Of a DNA stretch of 64,000 bases, positions 55,383-64,000 are shown in pieces. The stretch spans positions 65,005 to 129,004 of the forward strand of contig CAZPVO010000002.1 in NCBI GenBank assembly GCA_964590205.1. Direction: 5' to 3'. The stretch comes from an uncultured Candidatus Saccharibacteria bacterium (GTDB lineage: Bacteria; Patescibacteriota; Saccharimonadia; Saccharimonadales; JAGQNJ01). Made by a program: the position numbers and the translations under genes. The notes below the pieces were generated by a model that searched no databases, was not told the origin of the DNA, and saw only the letters and a program-made list of their open reading frames with translations. Position 1 is the first letter of the stretch; every line of letters begins with the position of its first letter.

Positions 55383-56912
55383 TTATTGCACGGTGCTTAT
55401 AATGGTGTATTTGTTGCGATTAACGCCGGCATTATCGATAGCACTATTCATCTGATTAATAGCAATACTTTTTGTTAATGGATCATAGTCAAACTGACCT
55501 GTCGCTGGATTATAGGCAAGCGAACCAATATAAGGAGTGATGTAAATAACATTGCCATATGGTGTTACTGTCAGGATTGGATTGCTTTCGATTGCCAAAA
55601 CTTTTTTATCAATACTATCAGTGTCTTGTTTTGCACTATCAATACTTAGTGCAAATTCTTGTTTTTTGTTGTCCGTGACACTTACAATGTAGCCGTTCAT
55701 TAATGGCTGCATTCGGCTAAAGTTAAAGTCGCCGAGACTATAGTCGATGTAAGCTGTGCGCTGATCTACGTCAAACTTAAAGATAGCTTTTTGTGACTTA
55801 CTGGCGGCTAGAAGACCAGTCGGCGTACTTAGAATGCTATTGATATCGTAGACTTTGTAGAGCTCTCGTGGTTTTTTGCCGGCAATATCGTAAACAGTCA
55901 TAATGTTCGAAGAGTTAAGCAGGCAGAACTTGTTTGTTCCGCAAAATTGAGCACCAGATAAGTCGCCAGGTATCACAAAGTGCTTAACTGCGCCAGGTTT
56001 GCCGTAGTCGACTTCCGTTTGACCAGTTACGGGCGCTGCGCCAGGATTACCGCCAGGATTTCCCTGATAATATGCTGTTAGCAAAGTGCCATTACTTGCA
56101 TCAATGATATCTTGATTTGCCGAAAGACCTTTGGTTTTTGGTTTTCCAAGAGACATAGTAGTTGGCGAGCCATTAATATCTGAGTAGTAGAGCATATTAC
56201 TAAAGTCCGGCGAATATACCAAAAAACCTTTATCGAACGCTCGAACATTGTAAGTCGAATTAGCGTCCGCACCATTCAGTGCTATACCCTTAGCGTCGAC
56301 AAGATTAAGAACGTCTGATGCGTTGCCAAGTTTGTAAACTTTGTGTTGAGGATTGTCGGCGGCTGTTTTTATTAGAATGTAATTGCCACTTGGTGTCGTA
56401 AATGTTCCTTCGACCTGACCAAGCTGTCCGGGTATCGTTGGGTTCGTAACATAAGTTGGAAAATCTTTTGTCGGCGGTACGTGGTACTTAACGTCTTTAT
56501 ACATGCCGCCAGGACAACTATATGAAAAAGATGATCCATTAATACTGTCCATGCATTGTTCCGGACTTTTTCCTACAAAGACTCGCTCATGCTCGGGTAG
56601 CGGCTTGATTGTCACGGTAGTTTTTCTGAGGAATCCGTGTAATGATGTGACCTCCATAAAACTGTCGGTGCCATTTTGGGCAAGAACTTCGTAAGAACCT
56701 TTGGGCAATTTCTTCCGCACTGTTTTATCAGACGAATTAAACGTGAGTGTTTTCTTGTCACCTTGTTTGTATAGCTGATATGCATATTGTCCATTGCCAG
56801 TTTGGGTGAGTTCAATTCGGGACTGTTGGCTTAACCAAATAAGTGCATAGACTGCGAGAATAGCAATGACAGTAAGAACGATGTAACGCCTGTATCTTCT
56901 AGCATATTCCAT
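55383..56912 (-). CDS. membrane-anchored extracytoplasmic hypothetical protein (beta-rich), last gene of the T4SS-linked block
   Basis: N-terminal basic stretch plus TM helix (YIVLTVIAILAVYALIWL). The remaining ~470 aa are G/N/T/Y-rich with no recognisable motif. Confidence 0.5.
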   Translation of the reverse strand: MEYARRYRRYIVLTVIAILAVYALIWLSQQSRIELTQTGNGQYAYQLYKQGDKKTLTFNSSDKTVRKKLPKGSYEVLAQNGTDSFMEVTSLHGFLRKTTVTIKPLPEHERVFVGKSPEQCMDSINGSSFSYSCPGGMYKDVKYHVPPTKDFPTYVTNPTIPGQLGQVEGTFTTPSGNYILIKTAADNPQHKVYKLGNASDVLNLVDAKGIALNGADANSTYNVRAFDKGFLVYSPDFSNMLYYSDINGSPTTMSLGKPKTKGLSANQDIIDASNGTLLTAYYQGNPGGNPGAAPVTGQTEVDYGKPGAVKHFVIPGDLSGAQFCGTNKFCLLNSSNIMTVYDIAGKKPRELYKVYDINSILSTPTGLLAASKSQKAIFKFDVDQRTAYIDYSLGDFNFSRMQPLMNGYIVSVTDNKKQEFALSIDSAKQDTDSIDKKVLAIESNPILTVTPYGNVIYITPYIGSLAYNPATGQFDYDPLTKSIAINQMNSAIDNAGVNRNKYTIISTVQ

Positions 56913-56951
56913 ATTCTTTCCCCCTTTGCTTAATCCTCAATATCATTATGT

Positions 56952-59858
56952 CTACTTAACCTTTGTTCCATAGCCAGTTATGTAAGGTGCATCCAACGGT
57001 TGCTGAGACATTCGTACAGTGTCACCATCGTTACCACCAATAATAGTTGCGATGTTACCATTAACGGCTATCACGATTGCGACGTGTTGATTGTATGGCG
57101 CGATATTATTATCGTTAATTTGAATATCACCAGGTTGGGGTGTATAGCCGGCTTTATCATGATAACCACCATTCTTTTCAAACCAAGCTTTAACACCAGT
57201 AACAGACGCTAGCCTCCATCCGCCGCTTGTGCCGTCAGTAAAAGGAGTACCTGCTTCTTTGAGAACCCAGCTTACGAAATCGGCACACCATTCTTCTTCA
57301 ACTCCATCCGAATATTTCTTCTGACAGTCTGATCCCTTTTTGCAGTCTGAGCCGTGCTCGGCCTGTTCTTTTTTGGCTACTTCTACAATACTACTGGCGG
57401 CTCCACTACTCGAGCTGTTTGAGTCGCTGCAACCTCCCGACGAACCTGTCGGGCTACCAGAAGCTGCACCTGCACCCGAACCGTACCTGGCAAGAATATC
57501 CTGAGCAAAGCTAAGTCTAGTCGCTTCTCGCTCTACGCCAGCTCTTTCATACTCTTTCAGGAAGACATGTTCAGCTTCTTCAACGGTCGTTGTCTTTTTT
57601 AGATCATCCCCTGCTGCCTTTTCGTTTAGTGTGGAGTTTCCTTCCATTTGACGCCAGACCAAGTCAAGCTGAAAAGCTAAATCACCTGGGCCGGCAGAAG
57701 AGCCGCTGGCTTTATTGTATACATCAAGCTCTGGCAATATTTTGGTTCCAGGCGTAAATTGCACGATACCATAGCCTGCATTGCCCGGTGTGTCGCTGTC
57801 GCCGCCTGGAGTTGGTGTGTTCTCGACTCGCCGTGGGTTAATGCCTGACTCAGCTTTCATGTTTCCAAGAACTCCAGCAATTTTGAAAGGCTCTTTATAA
57901 CCATCTTTTGTTGCAAAGAAATTCCAAGCCTTTTGTTCATTGTCTGTGCCGGCTAATTGCTGGGCAGCACCACCACAGCAATCACTGGCTGCTTGTGAAC
58001 CACTCTGGCCATTTTTAGCTGCAAGAACTTTGTTGGCTGATGCCTGAATCTGGGCCTTAAGTTGTGGGTCTGCATTTGCGGCTGCTTCAAGCTTATCGAT
58101 AATTGTCTTGAGCTGTTTTTCACCACCAAACAGAGCAACATCGGTTCCTGCTTTAACGGCGTTAACTACGACGTCTGGGTTTGCCACATACTTCGCAACA
58201 GGCCCAAGAGAACCTGCTGACAAGTCATCTGTTACAACAACACCACCAAACTTATAATCCTTACGCAGTAAATCATACGCTGGTTTGCTCAGCGATGCGG
58301 GTTGGCCGTTGGTGAGACCTGGAACATTATAGTTGCTCATCATAACCCAGGCATTGCCGGCTGAAGATGCTAGCTTTTCGTAAGGCTTAAGGTCACTTGC
58401 TTTTAGCTGATCAAGCGCTGGAGTGTTACCAATTGTTACGTCAGAGTTAACGGTTGTATTACCAATACCTGGGAAATGTTTGAAGGTCGGAATAACCCCC
58501 CCGGCAGTTAAACCGTCGGCGAAAGCCTTAGCTTTTTCAACAATCACGTCAGGATTGTTAGAGAACGAGCGGTCAATTTTACCAATTGCATCACTGTTTG
58601 GGTTATCGATGTCAAGCACCGGCGCAAAATCTAGTCCAATTCCAGCTGATTTCATTTTGCTGGCAGCACCATTTGCGGCTGTTTTTACTTGATCCGGAGG
58701 CATTGTTCCCATCTGTCTGGCGCTGGAAGGCAGGATTTTCATACGGTCAATTTTTCCACCTTCTTCGTCAATACTAACGAGTGGCGCTGGGCTAAATTTG
58801 CTTTTGGCTTCAGTAATATTTGCCGGGTCGAGCATTTCATTTGAGAATTCATTCGTCACAAAGATTCCGCCGACGTGATAGGTGCCAATCGCTTCAATCG
58901 CTTCTTGTTTTGTATCGGTTCGAACAAATAATATCTGTGCAATTTGATCGCGCAAGTTAGTCAGATTTCCTTGTCCTGGTGGTGCGCTGGTTGGCTGAGA
59001 GGTTGGATCTGTCGGATTTGCTGGCGCTGCTTGGGCCGACGCATGTCCGTTAAACAACCTGTTAACTTTTGCCAGGAAATTTTTGCTGCCCTGGTCTTGT
59101 AAATATGACGCTGCACCGGCAGGCTTTGATGAATTACCTGTAAGACCATTTGTGACAAGTTCAATCAGTTTTATCTGCCCGGAGCTATTGGGGTGAATTC
59201 CGTCACCACCCAGCAGTTTAGCAGGGTCGTGTGTTCCGTCTCCGCCGGGATCAATAGCACTAGCATAATCAAGGACTTTTATTGTTCCGGCGGCGTCGAG
59301 TGCCTTGAGTTTTGTGTTCATTGGCACGACGTAAGGAGCAACATTACCGGCTGTAACGGCGATATTGACCCAGTATATTTGAGCCGATGAGTTGACGCCT
59401 TTAAACTTACTGATAATTGTGTCGGGATCATTGGATTGAATACCGCCGTTTGTACCTAGGGCAATCACAATTGCTTGGGCATCATGAATGGCGCTCTGGT
59501 CGGTATTAAAAGCATTTTCGCCAGTACCTTGTGTCCCAACCTGTGCAGCTGAGTCCTGACCAGGCGTAACCCACGAGCGCCCAACACGGGCACTAATGGT
59601 GGCGTTAGGAAACTTTTGTTTATAGGTTGTTGCTACACCAGCAGTTATAGAGTCACCTAAAATGTATACTTTTGCATCACTACTTAAAGATCCCGCGTCT
59701 GTTTGAACTGTTTGTCCACACTCTTTAGCGTAGTAGGTTGTATTGTGGATGACAGCATTAATGTCATCCCAGCTAATCGAAGCTCTTACAATCGGCACGA
59801 AGATAGCCAGTATGCTAAATGACAGGACTGATATAAATGCAATAAGTCGTTTTATCAT
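56952..59858 (-). CDS. 968-aa secreted multi-domain cell-wall hydrolase: SGNH esterase + GH3 beta-N-acetylhexosaminidase-like + phage-tail-type lysozyme + CHAP
   Basis: Signal/anchor MIKRLIAFISVLSFSILAIF. SGNH: VYILGDSITAG...GDGIHPN (59154-59672). GH3: SIDEEGG, KHFPGIGNT, VVTDDL (58014-58961). Lysozyme-like: AGVLGNMKAESGINP...GYGIVQFT (57474-57941). CHAP: EWCADFVSW...NQHVAIV (56955-57326). Confidence 0.8.
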   Translation of the reverse strand: MIKRLIAFISVLSFSILAIFVPIVRASISWDDINAVIHNTTYYAKECGQTVQTDAGSLSSDAKVYILGDSITAGVATTYKQKFPNATISARVGRSWVTPGQDSAAQVGTQGTGENAFNTDQSAIHDAQAIVIALGTNGGIQSNDPDTIISKFKGVNSSAQIYWVNIAVTAGNVAPYVVPMNTKLKALDAAGTIKVLDYASAIDPGGDGTHDPAKLLGGDGIHPNSSGQIKLIELVTNGLTGNSSKPAGAASYLQDQGSKNFLAKVNRLFNGHASAQAAPANPTDPTSQPTSAPPGQGNLTNLRDQIAQILFVRTDTKQEAIEAIGTYHVGGIFVTNEFSNEMLDPANITEAKSKFSPAPLVSIDEEGGKIDRMKILPSSARQMGTMPPDQVKTAANGAASKMKSAGIGLDFAPVLDIDNPNSDAIGKIDRSFSNNPDVIVEKAKAFADGLTAGGVIPTFKHFPGIGNTTVNSDVTIGNTPALDQLKASDLKPYEKLASSAGNAWVMMSNYNVPGLTNGQPASLSKPAYDLLRKDYKFGGVVVTDDLSAGSLGPVAKYVANPDVVVNAVKAGTDVALFGGEKQLKTIIDKLEAAANADPQLKAQIQASANKVLAAKNGQSGSQAASDCCGGAAQQLAGTDNEQKAWNFFATKDGYKEPFKIAGVLGNMKAESGINPRRVENTPTPGGDSDTPGNAGYGIVQFTPGTKILPELDVYNKASGSSAGPGDLAFQLDLVWRQMEGNSTLNEKAAGDDLKKTTTVEEAEHVFLKEYERAGVEREATRLSFAQDILARYGSGAGAASGSPTGSSGGCSDSNSSSSGAASSIVEVAKKEQAEHGSDCKKGSDCQKKYSDGVEEEWCADFVSWVLKEAGTPFTDGTSGGWRLASVTGVKAWFEKNGGYHDKAGYTPQPGDIQINDNNIAPYNQHVAIVIAVNGNIATIIGGNDGDTVRMSQQPLDAPYITGYGTKVK

Positions 59859-62800
59859 GGTGCATCCGCCGCGCAGTTTAGATGAAAATGGGCGCCTTTG
59901 GCTTGGGTGGTTGCAGGTGTATCAAGGTCAGCACTTCCACCTTTAGGGCGCATGATATCGTTAGCAGGACCTTTATACTGATCATTTGGTAATCCAATCC
60001 AGGACTGTCCTGGCAGAAGCGTCGCAGCATCTTTTATGAATTCTAGTGAGCGGTCATTGAAGCCGGAGTAGTCCTCGCCTGTCGGAACACCGAGATTGTC
60101 GATATTCCCAAGGTCAACAGCTAACCCGGCAGCATGTGGTCCACCACCGCCAGTTGTTTGCCAGATAGAGAACTTATACTTCTGAGCCAATTTTAGTATT
60201 ACGGCCAAAATAGTGCGCTTCATCTGAGGATTAAGCAAGTTAGCGCCACCCTGTATATTGCCGGTAGCTTTTATTTGTTGAATCAGCTCATCTGGAGTGC
60301 CTTGTGGCAAGTTTGGATCAACAAGCGAGGCGCTGCCTGAACCACTATCACCTGTTGGATCGGCAATATCATTCAGGTGGTCAAGTACGTTGTTATTTCG
60401 TTTTGAAAGCCGCCAGCGCATAACCATCGCTGGGCCAAATTCATTATTATCCTTGCCAAGGTTATGTGGTGAGCAAAGACCTCCATTTTCGTATACATTT
60501 CCATCTGAGTCGCGTTGGATGTCTCCGCCTGATAATAATTCACCCATGGTTTTCGTGAAGCACTCGTTATACTTCTTTTCTATATCACCTTCCTTGCCAG
60601 ATTGCTTAAGGATTACATCATTAGCAAGAGGGAAATAGGTTGGGTCATTTTGAATGGTTTTGAGTTCATCCTCAGACCAGCACCATTGAATATTATGATA
60701 GTTTGTATCAGAGTTATTATTATTGGCTTGCGCAAAAGCCATTTGTTGCTTGAATGGATTCAACGCACCAGCCAAACCACTGCTAAAAATCGAGGTGTTA
60801 AAGCGGCTGGCTGTACCTGCAAGCGTTTGACCAAACGTCTGTACGTTGGTTAGTTTTTCGGACATGCCAACACCCATATTAACCAGTAGCGAATCAGGAT
60901 TATCGAGAGCTAAGTAGCGCTGATATACACTCTCTTGACCTTTTTGATCATTGAGATAAGCTACATTGGCCTGATCACTTGACGCCGCTTCTGGTTGGGT
61001 GAGTGGTCGCCCATACATCATCTGACGACACATCTCATTACCGGCAAGGTTACCTCCTACATCTGCTGCATTGGCCAGGTCATCCTGCCGTAGCGTACCT
61101 CCTTGCAGCGCATCCAGGCGCGACAAGACTATAGTCTTAGCCAATATCGTCAATCCAGCTAATCCAGCTGCCTGTCCAAGCAAGTTAACGACGGCCTTTT
61201 TATTAATTATTGTTCGACGAACAGAGGCAATTATTTCCTTAGAAGCCACTTTCCAGGAACCTTCAGCAAGCGCGTCTGCCGCCTTCGAATCACCATCAGT
61301 GACAACAGCCAACGCTACTTCAATAACACCAATAGCTGCACCAACTCTCCAGTCAGCTACTGTATGGCAAACAGGCGAAACAACAGTATCAAATTTTTGG
61401 CCTCCAGGGAAAAGTGCGGCGAATAGACCAAAGGTTCCTCCGGCCCCAGCTTGAGGGCTTGAGACTTTGTCGGTCGGAACTGGTATATTCCGATTTCGGG
61501 CTCGTTGCTCTGGTATTGATGGACTAATGTCCCCAAGGGCACGATTGGTTGCCCCCACTGCTTCAGCAGTGGTCTTGCCAGCTTTTTGCTGGTCTGCCGC
61601 AGACTCAATACTGAAGAATTGTTTTATTGCCGTGCCACTTTGAGCATCAACAGTGCCTTGCGAATGCTCAACCGATCCATCGTAAATTGTGCACATTGCC
61701 AGAGCAACTTGGGCGACTGTTGAAAACGTCTCAACAGCATGGATTTTAGGATCATTAATTTGGCTTTCAATAGCTTTATCTGCGCCATCTGAGATTGTTC
61801 TCGAGGATGCATAGGTCTGGTCGGCTTTTTGCTTTGCTATTTCTGCCGGGTCTGTTGGTGCATTTTGCGAGGGTCCAGTTAGCGCTTCGGCACACTGCGG
61901 GTCAGCTATACATGCGTCTTGCTGTGCCTGTGCATCGGTAACTGCATCATCGATTGCCGGTATAACGCTACCTGTCGACGGTTTCTCATTGACTCTTTCG
62001 ACCCTGTTCTTGAGTTCCAGAGCATCTGCTGCGTTCTCCTTAGTATTAGTGAAATCTTTGCCAAACTTATCCCACCAATGCAGCTTAACGCCAACTTTTT
62101 CGTAGATTTTGTTGGCCACGGCACTACGAATAAATGTATGATTCGTTTGCATGGCATTATCCAAATTAGCACTGATTTCAGCACCAAATGTGATGTCATC
62201 TTTCGGAGTCAACGGGTTGACCTTGTTTTTCACTCGTTGCCACAAGTTCACCTTATCAATCGGTATTTCATTACCCTTTATGCGTACAGCTTCTATACGC
62301 TGATAACCACTCCACGTCGGTTCACTATAGACAAAATCGATGTCACCGGTTGCCTGCATGTTTTTAAACGTCCGTTCAGGTCGCCACTTATCAAGCTTGC
62401 CCCATGTATCACTGCGAACACCTTCATAAAAACTTTTAAGTTTACCTTTATCAGCTTCAGAGGCAGTATCGACGGCAATTTTTTCACCGCTAACTTCGTC
62501 CATACTTTGCCGAAATGCTCGACCTGTTCGGGCCATTTGAAAGCCGGCAATATGCTCGGCGAGGTTGGGGATCTTAAGCGTCGCAAATAGTATGATAGCT
62601 ACAAATAATAATATAGCCAGACCGCTTCCACCCAGGCCAAAACCAAAGAGAGCCTTCTTTTTTCCGCTACTTAAATTGGCGGCTCTATTGCTGATTTTAT
62701 TTTTAAAACCGCTCAAAAAGCCGCTTCCACCACCATCTTGCTGGCCACTGTCGCCAGATCCTTTGCCAGAAGCCTTTACTTTGCCAACAGCTGCACCGGC

Positions 62801-63058
62801 ACGTCTGTAGAAGCCGCCACCAGTTTTATCCTGCAAAGCCTCTTGTTCATTATGGGCGGGGCCAGCAGAGGGGCTTTCTTCATCGTAGAGGCCAGAGCCA
62901 TCTGCTTCTTTGAGCGCCAAATCAGCCGGGTTCGGTGTTTGACGGTTGGCGTTGTTGCGACGAAAATCCTCAATTGGAGGTTGATTCCATTGGTGTTCAA
63001 GACCATCTGAATCTTGGTCTTCTTCACTATCGGGTCGTGATGCTGTACCTGGTCCCAT
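59855..63058 (-). CDS. 1067-aa T4SS-associated membrane protein with disordered N-terminus and C-terminal LAS/M15-type metallopeptidase-like motif set
   Basis: About 145 aa of acidic/Gly-rich N-terminus, then a TM helix (GGSGLAILLFVAIILFATL) and a large central region with further hydrophobic segments. The C-terminus has GPHAAGLAVDL (HxxGxAxD) and GAHFHL (HxH). ATGA overlap with the downstream hydrolase gene. Confidence 0.6.
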   Translation of the reverse strand: MGPGTASRPDSEEDQDSDGLEHQWNQPPIEDFRRNNANRQTPNPADLALKEADGSGLYDEESPSAGPAHNEQEALQDKTGGGFYRRAGAAVGKVKASGKGSGDSGQQDGGGSGFLSGFKNKISNRAANLSSGKKKALFGFGLGGSGLAILLFVAIILFATLKIPNLAEHIAGFQMARTGRAFRQSMDEVSGEKIAVDTASEADKGKLKSFYEGVRSDTWGKLDKWRPERTFKNMQATGDIDFVYSEPTWSGYQRIEAVRIKGNEIPIDKVNLWQRVKNKVNPLTPKDDITFGAEISANLDNAMQTNHTFIRSAVANKIYEKVGVKLHWWDKFGKDFTNTKENAADALELKNRVERVNEKPSTGSVIPAIDDAVTDAQAQQDACIADPQCAEALTGPSQNAPTDPAEIAKQKADQTYASSRTISDGADKAIESQINDPKIHAVETFSTVAQVALAMCTIYDGSVEHSQGTVDAQSGTAIKQFFSIESAADQQKAGKTTAEAVGATNRALGDISPSIPEQRARNRNIPVPTDKVSSPQAGAGGTFGLFAALFPGGQKFDTVVSPVCHTVADWRVGAAIGVIEVALAVVTDGDSKAADALAEGSWKVASKEIIASVRRTIINKKAVVNLLGQAAGLAGLTILAKTIVLSRLDALQGGTLRQDDLANAADVGGNLAGNEMCRQMMYGRPLTQPEAASSDQANVAYLNDQKGQESVYQRYLALDNPDSLLVNMGVGMSEKLTNVQTFGQTLAGTASRFNTSIFSSGLAGALNPFKQQMAFAQANNNNSDTNYHNIQWCWSEDELKTIQNDPTYFPLANDVILKQSGKEGDIEKKYNECFTKTMGELLSGGDIQRDSDGNVYENGGLCSPHNLGKDNNEFGPAMVMRWRLSKRNNNVLDHLNDIADPTGDSGSGSASLVDPNLPQGTPDELIQQIKATGNIQGGANLLNPQMKRTILAVILKLAQKYKFSIWQTTGGGGPHAAGLAVDLGNIDNLGVPTGEDYSGFNDRSLEFIKDAATLLPGQSWIGLPNDQYKGPANDIMRPKGGSADLDTPATTQAKGAHFHLNCAADAP

Positions 63059-63101
63059 ATTACCCTTTTAGTTTTTACCCTTGCTTAGTTCAATTATACG
63101 C

Positions 63102-64000
63102 CTATACCCCTGGTCTCAACTGATTATTCAAATCAATAGTACCCTGTTCGCCGGGTGCACTGCCAATCTGCTCAATTTGCTGGATTTGCTCCGGATTACT
63201 GGTAATCAAACTTGTTTCCGTTGCACTGGCAGTAATTTGAATATGCACATGATTCTGACCAGCAAAGAATAATCCCTGGCCAACCGGGAATTGACTGAGT
63301 CGCTTACGTTCTTCGCTCGTGAGCTTAAACACATCAGCCAGCACATCAACCGCAGATGTCGATTGCTTAAGCAGAATTTGCATCGAGGCGTTAGCAACGA
63401 TTGCTCGCCCAAGCCGACTACCCATAAAGTCTTCAACGTCCTGGCTGATAGTAGTAACGCCCAGGTTATACTTACGTGCTCGCTTAGCGAGAGAGAACAA
63501 GAAGTTAGCCGAATCTTCGTACTTCATAAATTGCCAGGCCTCATCCACAATCAAGAGACGACGTTTTTTGTCTGTTTTTGTGCGATTCCAAATATAGTTA
63601 AGCGCAATATACATGGCGACCGGGCGCAATTCGTCTTCAAGGTCACGGACGTTAAAGACGATCATTTGATTATCAATATTGATATTTGACTGCTGCGAGA
63701 ATATACCCGCAAACGTACCACTAGTATATTTGCGTAACCTTTGAGCAAGCTGAGGACCAGTGTTGCCCATGTGCAACAATGTGTCGTACAAGTCAATAAT
63801 TGTTGGTGGCTGAGTGTTGTGAGTCAATGGATCCGCCGTAATGCCAGCCTTGGCGTAGGTTTCAATTAAGGCTGCGTCAAGATCAGCTTCTTCTACAGGT
63901 GATAAGGCTGGAATCGTTGCGCCAGACATCTGAGCTTGCGCGCCACCCATCATGAGTCGCAACAAACCATGCAGTGTTATCAAGTTACTTCGCAGCGGAT
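63102..64000 (-). CDS. VirB4-family type IV secretion ATPase, C-terminal part (gene continues past the right window edge)
   Basis: Walker B context RRLLIVDEAWQFM, then KYNLGVTTISQDVEDF and QILLKQ, typical of VirB4/TrsE/CagE ATPases. The frame stays open to position 64000. Confidence 0.8.
   Translation of the reverse strand, partial: PLRSNLITLHGLLRLMMGGAQAQMSGATIPALSPVEEADLDAALIETYAKAGITADPLTHNTQPPTIIDLYDTLLHMGNTGPQLAQRLRKYTSGTFAGIFSQQSNINIDNQMIVFNVRDLEDELRPVAMYIALNYIWNRTKTDKKRRLLIVDEAWQFMKYEDSANFLFSLAKRARKYNLGVTTISQDVEDFMGSRLGRAIVANASMQILLKQSTSAVDVLADVFKLTSEERKRLSQFPVGQGLFFAGQNHVHIQITASATETSLITSNPEQIQQIEQIGSAPGEQGTIDLNNQLRPGV

Noticed and set aside
61919-62590. 223-aa plus-strand ORF, together with 61071..61454 (127 aa) and 60297..60638 (113 aa).
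   Set aside because: All lie antisense within the 1067-aa gene. They have no SD and Cys/Phe/Ile/Arg-rich compositions typical of shadow frames.

Overview
Gene-dense, moderately AT-rich bacterial chromosome segment. Roughly nine-tenths is coding, with many 1-, 4- and 8-nt start/stop overlaps. It reads cleanly with the standard code, and TGA is used as a stop in several overlapping junctions. The window contains the chromosomal replication-origin region: rpmH-rnpA-yidC-jag on the minus strand, dnaA-dnaN-recF on the plus strand, and DnaA-box clusters on both sides of dnaA. Left part (0.3-15.4 kb): transport and housekeeping genes. These are a DrrAB-like ABC exporter, two CNNM/DUF21-CBS paralogs, a DMT transporter, Nramp, a Kef-type CPA2 antiporter, DsbA, peptidase S51, a short archaeal-type AspRS and UppP. 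This part also holds what I consider the most interesting element: a structured leader resembling a class-II cobalamin riboswitch with a terminator/antiterminator platform. It precedes a translationally coupled operon of an unknown ~504-aa Zn-ribbon protein, a 56-aa Zn-ribbon protein and NadD. Middle (15.8-49.4 kb): a very large cell-envelope glycopolymer locus. It has a WbaP-like initiating transferase, GalE, the full dTDP-rhamnose pathway rfbBCDA, Ugd, SDR enzymes, an FAD oxidoreductase, two GtrA proteins, three large polytopic GT-C-like membrane proteins, a dual-domain 841-aa glycosyltransferase, a coiled-coil methyltransferase, a Wzm/Wzt ABC exporter and GT2/GT4 enzymes. The locus is interrupted at 24.5-29.3 kb by a small accessory block: a GNAT-like protein, a Nudix hydrolase, hypotheticals, and a CHAP hydrolase fused to seven tandem propeller-like repeats. 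Right end (55.4-64 kb): a Gram-positive-type type IV secretion locus. It has a VirB4-like ATPase (partial), a 1067-aa membrane protein ending in a LAS/M15-like metallopeptidase motif, a 968-aa wall hydrolase with four catalytic domains, and a 509-aa anchored protein. Gene content and architecture suggest a Patescibacteria/CPR organism, most like Saccharibacteria; this is inference only. I recognised no rRNA, tRNA, CRISPR array, transposase or integrase.
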